Shown here: in pieces, positions 29,219-36,772 of the stretch | How positions within the stretch are numbered: position 1 is the stretch's first letter | How the letters are laid out: every line of letters starts with the position of its first letter | Origin: Bacteroidia bacterium | GTDB lineage: Bacteria; Bacteroidota; Bacteroidia; Chitinophagales; BACL12 | NCBI GenBank assembly: GCA_030432405.1 | Contig: JAUIHG010000001.1 | Location: 5,908-69,907, forward strand | Length of the DNA: 64,000 nt | Reading direction: 5' to 3' | Notes under the pieces: generated by a model | Databases searched by the model: none | The model's input: only the letters and a program-made list of their open reading frames with translations | What the model was told of the DNA's origin: nothing | Translations under genes and position numbers: made by a program

Positions 29219-31264
29219 ATGAAGGCGATGCGCCATAAATCTCCATCCACGCACCGTGCTGCCGAGCGGAGTCTTCCGGCCAGTAGGGCTGTGCCTGATG
29301 GAATGCGCGGTTGCACCGGATGGCTGGTGGGCTGTCTTTTGGCGTTGGCCTGTCTGAACGCATGGCCCCTTCATGCGCAAACCGCAAAAGGCTCCGGTAC
29401 ACCATCCGCCGACCCGACCACCGATGGCGCGGTCACGGATTGGGGGCTGTTTGTATTTGGCGGACCGCAGACCAAAGGGCAGGGGGCCATGCGGCACATG
29501 GACCTCGGCGCGTGGACCATTCCAAACGCCGATGGCCAGCACCGGCTCCGCCTCCAAATTCAAAACAACAGCCGCGACAGCGTTCTTGTTTTGGTTTTGC
29601 GCAACCCCTACCTGCAACAGCTGGATGCGGTATGGCAAACGGAAGGCGCAAAGCCCTTCCGGCAACAAACCGGCATAACCGGAGGCTTCCGGCAACGGCC
29701 CGTGGCCACGCCCTTGTTGCGCCTGCGCCTGCCCATCCAACCGGGCGCAACGGGAAGCCTGGACCTGCTGCTCGACAACGGAGGCCTGCGCACGCGCAGC
29801 GTGGTCTCCCTGGAAAGTCCTGCGGCCAGCCAACGGGAGCGGCGGCAGCGCACTGCGGTATTGGCGTTCTACTTGTCCGGTGCAGTATTCACCCTCTTGT
29901 TCGGTTTTTTCATTTTGGCTTTTGTCCGGGCCTACATCCGCTTTTCCTACGGTTTCTTTTTTGCGTCGAGTTTGGGACTGGTGGTGGCCAACCAGGGCAT
30001 CGGCTATGCGCTTTTCTGGCCTTCGGCCGAAGGCTGGCAAGCTTCTGCCGAAGGCGTGCTGATGAATGCCGCTCTGCTGGGCGGTTTGCGTTTCATCCAG
30101 CGTTTTCTCAAACCCGAAAAGCACTTCCGCTGGGCCAGTCCGTTCCTGTTGGCGCTCATGCTGGGCCTGGCGCTTTTTGCGAGTTTGTGGCTTTTTGCAC
30201 CCCATTGGGAGGCGGGAGTCCTTGCGCATTTTCAAAACGCCAACGACGCCTTAATCTTGCTCGGACTGTTGGCCATGGCCGTCCTGCCCTGGGTGCTGTT
30301 TGCACATCAAAAGAACTGGGAAGCGCCCGCGCTATGGCTGTCTTATGGCGTGCTGGCCGGTACGGTGGGGCTGGACAAGGCAGCAGCCCTGGGTTTGGGA
30401 CCGGCCGGTGGTTGGGGGCCCGGTCTGGAGCGCGGACTGTGGGCGGGCATGGTGATCCTGCATTTTGGAACAACCGTTCTGGTTTTGCACCGCATGCGGC
30501 GTGTGGTGCTCAACCAGGCCCGGGCCAAAGCCGACCTGGACACCGCCCGCGTGCGCCTGTTGCGGGGCCTGGTTTTGCAGGAGGAAAGCGAGCGCTTGCG
30601 GATCGGTTCGGATTTGCACGACGAGGCCGGATCGCGCTTTGCCGCCCTCAAAATGCAGCTCAGCGGCCTGGCCTACGACCACGGTCAGGGCGCACAGCAG
30701 CAAGGTCTGGAGCAGGTCATTGATTCCGTGGATGCACTCAGCCACGCCAACCGGCAACTGGCCCACCGCATGCTGGCCGTGAGCCTGGACAAACTGGGCC
30801 TGCAGGATGCCTTGCGGGCCTACCGCCAGCGCCTGCTCGGCGAAGGCCGGCACGTGGTCATGATCGTGGAAGAGGCCGCCCTGCAACACACCGACGAAAC
30901 CGCCGAACGCCTGCTCTACCGCATGGTGCAGGAGGTGGTTGAAGGGCTTTTTCCCGATGTGCCGGAGCTGCGGATGCGCATCGAAAACGCGCCCGGCGAC
31001 ACCCCCGGCACGGGTGCATCAGGCGCCTTATCCGGCAACCGCTCCGGCGGCTGGAAGGACGGCGCTTCCCCGGGCCGGGAATGGCTGCTGACGGCCGAAG
31101 CACAGGAAGAGGAGCAACCGTTGCCTTCGCCGGACCGGAAAGGTCCGGCATACCAGGGCCTTGCCGCCCGCGCGGCGCTGTTCAGCAGCCAGCGCGACCA
31201 TGCCATCGCATGGAAAGGAGGCAAACTGCGCATCTGGCTGCCCAAACGGGTGGGACAGGCGTGA
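29219..31264 (+). CDS. 7TM-DISM sensor kinase-like protein: HisKA_3 H-box intact, HATPase degenerate (start 29219 or 29303)
   Basis: LRNPYL, QTG...F.QRPV DISMED2; 7 TM; EESERLRIGSDLHDEAG; no N-box Asn, DxGxG or GxG. Confidence 0.85.
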   Translation: MKAMRHKSPSTHRAAERSLPASRAVPDGMRGCTGWLVGCLLALACLNAWPLHAQTAKGSGTPSADPTTDGAVTDWGLFVFGGPQTKGQGAMRHMDLGAWTIPNADGQHRLRLQIQNNSRDSVLVLVLRNPYLQQLDAVWQTEGAKPFRQQTGITGGFRQRPVATPLLRLRLPIQPGATGSLDLLLDNGGLRTRSVVSLESPAASQRERRQRTAVLAFYLSGAVFTLLFGFFILAFVRAYIRFSYGFFFASSLGLVVANQGIGYALFWPSAEGWQASAEGVLMNAALLGGLRFIQRFLKPEKHFRWASPFLLALMLGLALFASLWLFAPHWEAGVLAHFQNANDALILLGLLAMAVLPWVLFAHQKNWEAPALWLSYGVLAGTVGLDKAAALGLGPAGGWGPGLERGLWAGMVILHFGTTVLVLHRMRRVVLNQARAKADLDTARVRLLRGLVLQEESERLRIGSDLHDEAGSRFAALKMQLSGLAYDHGQGAQQQGLEQVIDSVDALSHANRQLAHRMLAVSLDKLGLQDALRAYRQRLLGEGRHVVMIVEEAALQHTDETAERLLYRMVQEVVEGLFPDVPELRMRIENAPGDTPGTGASGALSGNRSGGWKDGASPGREWLLTAEAQEEEQPLPSPDRKGPAYQGLAARAALFSSQRDHAIAWKGGKLRIWLPKRVGQA

Positions 31265-31284
31265 AGCAGCCGGGAACACGAGGC

Positions 31285-31887
31285 TCAGATCAGCCCCCCC
31301 TTGGCCGCCCAACCGATCAGTTCCGCCACGTTTTTGGCGCTGGTTTTGGCCAGCAGGTTTTTGCGGTGGGTGTCGACCGTGTTCTTGGAGATGTAGAGTT
31401 TGCCGGCAATCTCCTGGCTGTTGTAGCCTTCGGCCAACAGCACGAGCACATCTTTTTCCCGCGCGGAAATATCGGGGATGGGCAGGTCGGGTTTGTGGCC
31501 CTGACCGCTGCCCTGGTAAGCCGTTTCGCCGGCGCTCACGCGCTGCAACACATCGAGCAGGCGCTCCTTGGACACGTTTTTGAGCAGGTAGCCGGAGGCC
31601 CCCACTTTTCGGGCGCGCCGGAGCAGGGGCTCCTCGTCGTAATCGGTGAGCATGATGACCTTGAGCTCGGGGCGTTCGGCCAACAGCCGCTCGGTGGCCT
31701 CGATGCCGTTGACCGGGGCCATCTCGATGTCCATCAGGACGATGTCCACCGGCAGGGTGCGGAGCTTGAAGAGGGCTTCCCGGCCATCGGTGGCCGTTCC
31801 GGCAATATTGATGTCGGGTTCGTGCTCCAGCAACATGCTAATCCCGCTGCGGGTCAGCTCCTTGTCGTCAACGATGAATACGCGCAT
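31285..31887 (-). CDS. NarL/LuxR family response regulator
   Basis: IVDD, VLMDIEM (phospho-Asp), LT, GYLLK; HTH ISAREKDVL...EIAGKLYISKNTVDTHRKNLLAK. Confidence 0.95.
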   Translation of the reverse strand: MRVFIVDDKELTRSGISMLLEHEPDINIAGTATDGREALFKLRTLPVDIVLMDIEMAPVNGIEATERLLAERPELKVIMLTDYDEEPLLRRARKVGASGYLLKNVSKERLLDVLQRVSAGETAYQGSGQGHKPDLPIPDISAREKDVLVLLAEGYNSQEIAGKLYISKNTVDTHRKNLLAKTSAKNVAELIGWAAKGGLI

Positions 31888-31968
31888 GGGGCAACTACGT
31901 GAAATGCGGCGGCAACCGCCGCAAAGATCAGGTGCAGCCCCGATTCAGGCGCCTCAGAAAACGCTCGG

Positions 31969-32985
31969 CTAGCGGCCCATCGCCTGGAAGGTGTAGTCCG
32001 ACTTGCGGATGGTGGTGCCGGAGGTGCTGATTTTGGTGGTCACCCAGGAGGTGGTATCCCCGGATTTCTTGTCTACGGCATGCGACTCCATCATGGTACC
32101 CTGCAGGTCGCCGTAGCCCTGGAAAAAGGCCGCGGGCGCATTGGCGCCAAAGCCGCTCATGAAGGCGTCCATCCAGTCGGCAGGCAGTTCCCGGGTCATG
32201 TAGAAGGTGGCCTCGGTATCCTCGTCTTCGCCTTTGTACTCCGAACACTTGTAGCCGGCCACGGTCTTGGTGCGGCCGGTAGCCTTGAAACCATACGCTT
32301 CGTAGTCCTGGCCGGCCTGCTCCATCTGGGCCTGCCCGTATTGGCCGGCCATTTCCATCATGTTGGGGATGGCCATGGCGGTTTTGCTGCCGTCCTCTTC
32401 TTCAGTGAACACGGCCATCAGGCCATTTTCCGAGTCGATGACGCTGGTCTGGTGGCGGTCGGTGCCCTCTTCCTGCATGGCCACGCCAAAACGGTCGCCG
32501 TCCTTGTCGACAAGCAATTCCAGCTGCTGGGGGTCTTCGCCAGTCTGGCGAATTTCCACATGCATGACCATGTCAAAGGTGTAGGTGGCGGGCACCTCGG
32601 CCGATTTGTCCATGTTGCCCATCATCTGCTGCATCATGGCCATTTGCTCCTCGGTCATGCCGCTTTGGCCCGCGCTGCCGCCGGAAGGCATGCTGCTGGA
32701 GCTGCTGCTGCTCCCGGAGGATTGGGAGGCGCCGGAGGAGCTGCCGCTGCTTTGCTGGGAGCCGCCAAACAGGCCGTCCAGCCAGCTGTCCACAGCTTCG
32801 CTGGATTCTTCGGCAACCTTGTCCGATGCACTTTCCGATACGCCCTCGGTGACCTTTTCGGTGGTTTTGTCCGCCGTTTTGTCGATCAGCTTGTCCAGGA
32901 ATCCCTGGCCCTGGGCCGGTTGGATGGAAAAGGCCAAGAACGCCATCATGGCGAAGGCCATCGTGAGTTTGTGTGCGTTGGTCAT
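31969..32985 (-). CDS. DUF4412-like exported protein
   Basis: Signal peptide ..AQG-Q, Ser-rich linker, TGRTKTVAGYKC.EY motif. Confidence 0.8.
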   Translation of the reverse strand: MTNAHKLTMAFAMMAFLAFSIQPAQGQGFLDKLIDKTADKTTEKVTEGVSESASDKVAEESSEAVDSWLDGLFGGSQQSSGSSSGASQSSGSSSSSSSMPSGGSAGQSGMTEEQMAMMQQMMGNMDKSAEVPATYTFDMVMHVEIRQTGEDPQQLELLVDKDGDRFGVAMQEEGTDRHQTSVIDSENGLMAVFTEEEDGSKTAMAIPNMMEMAGQYGQAQMEQAGQDYEAYGFKATGRTKTVAGYKCSEYKGEDEDTEATFYMTRELPADWMDAFMSGFGANAPAAFFQGYGDLQGTMMESHAVDKKSGDTTSWVTTKISTSGTTIRKSDYTFQAMGR

Positions 32986-33059
32986 CGTATGTGTGCTTGA
33001 TGCGTGTGTGGGTGCTGGTGCGCGGCAGCGGGTCCGTCTAGCTTTGGCGCCGCAACATA

Positions 33060-33067
33060 CAAAGGTA
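33060..33067 (-). promoter_or_regulatory. -7 promoter element TACCTTTG
   Basis: Exact TAnnTTTG upstream of the 32985 start. Confidence 0.55.
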
Positions 33068-33120
33068 GCCGATCGGTGAGGTGGGGCCAAATCGCGGCAC
33101 GGCGGTACGGCCGCAGTGCG

Positions 33121-35538
33121 TTATGGCGTTTTTCGATCCAGGCTCCAGCGCAGCCCGATGTAGCCTTCCCGGCCGTGGTTGGGCGCGTAGGCATAGGCCG
33201 TGTCGAAAAAGGGGCTGAAGCCGGGCGGATTGCCAGGGTCGCCCAGGCCGGACAGCGGCGAACCGGGCTGGCGGTAGTTCAGCAGGTTCTGCACGCCACC
33301 GTAGACGGCCAGTCGTTCGCCAAAGCGCTTTTCGATCTGGATGTTGGCCAGCACAAAGGGCTCGGAAACCTGCGCGCGCGGATTGGGCAGCGGGTTGCCG
33401 GCCGCATCGAGGTCGTAGACTTGGGGCAGGGCCATGGGGCCGGTGGCGTTCGCCGTAACGGCGAACGTGATGTCCGGCTTGCGCCAGGTGTAGTTGGCGG
33501 TGAACACGCCGGTCCAGCGGGGCGCAAGCTCGATGTCGCGCAGGGTTCGGGTGCCGGTTTCGTCGACCTCGGCCTCCACCACGCGCTGGGCCTGGAAGCT
33601 GGCCTGGAACCCGAGCGGGAAGTTGAAGCTGTACTGCACGCTCAGTCCGCCGCCGGCGGTGAGCGCGTAGCCGTTGACGTTGCGGTAGTTGATCTCGCCG
33701 ATGGTTTCGTAATCGGTGATCACCTTGTTGGTGAAGTAAGTGCCGAAGCCGTCGATGTCAAAACTGCCCGTGCCCAGGCTGATGTTGAAGAGCTGGTGCA
33801 GGTTCACCGCACCGCTCCAGGAACGCTCGGGTGCGAGGTTTTCGGCAATGACCACCTCGCGCTGGCCGGTGACAAAGGCGTGGTCTTCGGCAAAGAGGTT
33901 CACGATCCGGAAGCCGCTTCCGCCATTCAGGCGAAGGGTGGTCAGGCTGCTCGGGGCGTATTGCACGCTCAGGCGCGGCGACCAGACCAGCCCGTGCCGC
34001 CGGTAATGGTCCATGCGCAGCCCGCCGAGCAGGGTGAGTTTCTCGCTGACCGACCACTCGTCCTGCACAAAGAGCCCGGGGATGAACTGGTTGTCCGGGC
34101 GGTTTTCTGGGGCCGGATCCGGGCCGCCGCCAGATCCCGAACCGCCACCCGCCGGAGTCTCCGTGGCCACGGTATTGTCGTCGTAGTGCTGGCCGCGCAG
34201 GGTGGCGCCGGCCAGGATGCTGTGGTCCCCGAAGGCCTCGTCGTAGATCATGTTGAGGAAGCCCGTGCCTTGCTGTGCCACGTAGCCGTCCGATCCGTAG
34301 TAGCTGTCCTGGTCGTGCCAGGAGGCCGAGTAGTCCAGGCGCAGCGGCAAGGTGGTGTTGAGTTCGTAACGGCCAAAGAGCTCCACGCGTTTGGTGTAGA
34401 TGCTTTCGCCGTACAGGCTGTCGTTTCCGCGGATCTCCCGGTAGGCCCGGTCGGCGAGGTAGTCCTCCAGGCCGTTGCGCCGGTCCTCGTAATAGGCCTT
34501 CGCCGCCAGGCTCCATGCCTTGCCGCTGGGCCGGCCGATTTGCCATTTGCTGAACAGCGAAAGCCGGTCCATGGAAACCGCGTCGCTGAAGCCGTCGTTG
34601 TTGGCGTCGTCAAAGCGGTTGAGGTAGGTCCAGTTCACGCCGATGAAACCGTGCGTATTGCCGATGCGCGGGGCCAGGCCCAGGTTGCCGAAGCTTTCGC
34701 GGTGGGTGGTGCCCATCAGGTCCAGCGAAAACGGCGCCTGCTTTTGCGGGTCCTTGGTGATGATGTTGACCACGCCCGCCACGGCCTCCGAGCCGTAGAG
34801 CGTGCTGTTGGGCCCCTTCATGACCTCGAAGCGGTCGATCATCATGTTCGGAATGCCGTTGAGGCCATACACGTTGGCCAGGCTGCCGTAGATCGGCATG
34901 CCGTCCATCAGCACGGAGGTATAGGGGCCGGGTAGGCCGTTGATGGAGATGCTGTTGGTGAAACACACGCCGCAGGCCACCACTTCCTGCACGCCGTTGA
35001 CCAGGTTGATGCTTTCCACCACGCTTGACGCGGCGGAGGGCAGATAGGTGTTCAACTGTACGTCCGTGATCACCTCGACCTTGACCGGGCTGTCCTTCAG
35101 GTAGCCGTGTTTCATGGTGCCGCTGACCACGACGGTGCTGAGCGCTTCTCCGGGATGGAGGGTCAGGTTGGCGGTGGTGGTTTGCCCGGCTTTTACCGTC
35201 ACCGTTTGCCGTATGCCCTGGTAGCCCACCGCCGTGGCGCGCAGGGTATAGGTCCCTTCTTGCACGCCTTCCAGGCGAAAACGCCCCTCGGCATCGGCGG
35301 CCACCCCATGCGGCGTGCCTTCCAGCAACACATTGGCAAAGGGGATCGGGGCGCTGGTGGAGTCCTCCGGACCGGGGCTTTCGATGCGGCCTTCCAGGGT
35401 GCCTGTTTCCTGGTGTTGCGCCTGGTTTTGCGCCTGTCCTTTCGCGTGGTCTTGCGCCTGCCCGGCGAAGGCCAGGCACAGCGGCAACAGCAGCGCCAGG
35501 AGCGGGCGGAGGTGCAGATGTGGAGTTGATCGGGGCAT
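33121..35538 (-). CDS. TonB-dependent receptor with CxxC in plug (likely metal uptake)
   Basis: VVVSGT, VACGVCFTNSISINGLPG, EVMKGPNSTLYGSEAVAGVVN; C-terminal GREGYIGLRW. Confidence 0.93.
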   Translation of the reverse strand: MPRSTPHLHLRPLLALLLPLCLAFAGQAQDHAKGQAQNQAQHQETGTLEGRIESPGPEDSTSAPIPFANVLLEGTPHGVAADAEGRFRLEGVQEGTYTLRATAVGYQGIRQTVTVKAGQTTTANLTLHPGEALSTVVVSGTMKHGYLKDSPVKVEVITDVQLNTYLPSAASSVVESINLVNGVQEVVACGVCFTNSISINGLPGPYTSVLMDGMPIYGSLANVYGLNGIPNMMIDRFEVMKGPNSTLYGSEAVAGVVNIITKDPQKQAPFSLDLMGTTHRESFGNLGLAPRIGNTHGFIGVNWTYLNRFDDANNDGFSDAVSMDRLSLFSKWQIGRPSGKAWSLAAKAYYEDRRNGLEDYLADRAYREIRGNDSLYGESIYTKRVELFGRYELNTTLPLRLDYSASWHDQDSYYGSDGYVAQQGTGFLNMIYDEAFGDHSILAGATLRGQHYDDNTVATETPAGGGSGSGGGPDPAPENRPDNQFIPGLFVQDEWSVSEKLTLLGGLRMDHYRRHGLVWSPRLSVQYAPSSLTTLRLNGGSGFRIVNLFAEDHAFVTGQREVVIAENLAPERSWSGAVNLHQLFNISLGTGSFDIDGFGTYFTNKVITDYETIGEINYRNVNGYALTAGGGLSVQYSFNFPLGFQASFQAQRVVEAEVDETGTRTLRDIELAPRWTGVFTANYTWRKPDITFAVTANATGPMALPQVYDLDAAGNPLPNPRAQVSEPFVLANIQIEKRFGERLAVYGGVQNLLNYRQPGSPLSGLGDPGNPPGFSPFFDTAYAYAPNHGREGYIGLRWSLDRKTP

Positions 35539-35614
35539 GGCGGAGCAGCGGGAGCGTTGGTGCGTCTCGGACATGCGTTCGCCGGATGGCACCGTGTTTA
35601 TGCCGCCAAAGATC

Positions 35615-35638
35615 GTTTTTTAGATTGGTCTAAAAAAC
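35615..35638. promoter_or_regulatory. Palindromic operator, DtxR/MntR-like
   Basis: GTTTTTTAGA-TTGG-TCTAAAAAAC perfect 10-bp inverted repeat next to a GATCTTTG -7-like element upstream of the receptor. Confidence 0.7.
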
Positions 35639-35652
35639 TGTTTGTGCAGGCT

Positions 35653-35970
35653 TTAACGTTTACCCCCTTCTTCGCCCGGTCTGCCGAGCACCCGCACGCG
35701 CTTGACCTTCCGCTTGGGTTTGGTCCTGGCCAGGTGGTGGTTGACCTGCAGGTTCAGCCAGAACTCCGGCGTAGTTCCCAACGCACCCGACAGCATCCAT
35801 GCCTCCGTTGCCGATACCATGCTACGACCCTCCACAATCGACGCTATCCTGTTGGCTGGAAGGTTCAAATGCTTGGCCAAGTCCTTTATTGTCAAAGTCA
35901 AAGGCTCGAGAAATTCGAAAGACAATACTTCTCCTGGGTGTGCCGGGATGCGCTTGGAGTATTGATTCAT
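35653..35970 (-). CDS. higA: HigA family antitoxin (HTH)
   Basis: PAHPGEVL..EFLEPL, RIASIVEGR..VS...A..L...LGTTPEFWLNLQ. Confidence 0.88.
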   Translation of the reverse strand: MNQYSKRIPAHPGEVLSFEFLEPLTLTIKDLAKHLNLPANRIASIVEGRSMVSATEAWMLSGALGTTPEFWLNLQVNHHLARTKPKRKVKRVRVLGRPGEEGGKR

Positions 35971-36195
35971 GGATTATCGTAAGAGCTATGAGGTGGATGG
36001 AGTACTTAAGAGCTGCATACTCAGGGATCAGGCCAAAAAAAGCAAGGAATTCGTCATCACTTTTTGAAGCATCAACAAGGAATGCCACAGGGCTAAAAAT
36101 CTGAGTCCAACATTTGAACGTGTACTGAGCTAAAACAGTGAAATTCAAAAGCAATACCGCCATGCAGGTAAAAGCAACTCTTGTCATGGGGGTGT

Positions 36196-36708
36196 TTAAG
36201 CGTTGACCCTATTGAGCAGCTGAAGTTGATCGCTTTTTCGCTTCCTATACCAAATCAGCAAATACGCTAAAATCAAACCTAAAGCAGGCGTTACCACATC
36301 GCCCCATTCGACAAACTTGTAGTATGCCGTTACCGCAATCATGGGTAACGCAAATGCTCGGTAGGTTTTGCTTTTGGTCGTAGCAAAGGTGTAGGCCAAA
36401 AACAGGACATGGCCTGAATGGTATAGGTATCCAAGCATTCGCATACCCGTGAGCAAGAGCACTACAAGGTCGATTAATATCAACTCTATGTGATAGGCTC
36501 CCTCGTCATCAAGCCGTGCCCAAACCCAAACAAAAAACAAGAACACCATCGGCACCGAATAGATGATGGTGCCCTGGGCGACATCCGCAGCATCGTACAA
36601 CAGGGCATAGCCTAAGACCGTGGCCGTGAAGCCAAGGCCTACCACCCAACAGGCCATCCGCAACAGCGGCAAGATGGGCTTGAGGTCATCTCGGGAAAGC
36701 AAACGCAT
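36196..36708 (-). CDS. Hypothetical membrane protein (AT-rich patch)
   Basis: About 5 TM helices with an SGH motif; lower GC than flanks. Confidence 0.7.
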   Translation of the reverse strand: MRLLSRDDLKPILPLLRMACWVVGLGFTATVLGYALLYDAADVAQGTIIYSVPMVFLFFVWVWARLDDEGAYHIELILIDLVVLLLTGMRMLGYLYHSGHVLFLAYTFATTKSKTYRAFALPMIAVTAYYKFVEWGDVVTPALGLILAYLLIWYRKRKSDQLQLLNRVNA

Positions 36709-36772
36709 AATCGGACGGGCGCAGGAAACACCTATGCTCCGCTGAAAAGATACAACGGCGATCAACCGCCCC

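Noticed and set aside
30900..31264. Frameshift as the cause of kinase B's missing ATP motifs
   Set aside because: The reading frame keeps the expected HATPase element order through to KLRIWLP, and I saw no DxGxG in the alternative frames.
35405..35462. 12-bp quasi-repeat (TTGCGCCTG x3)
   Set aside because: Short coding micro-duplication (QAQD/QAQN/QAQH) after the signal peptide; not a separate element.
35822..36187. 121-aa ORF as the HigB toxin
   Set aside because: Hydrophobic signal-like start, overlaps higA out of frame and has no RelE-fold features.
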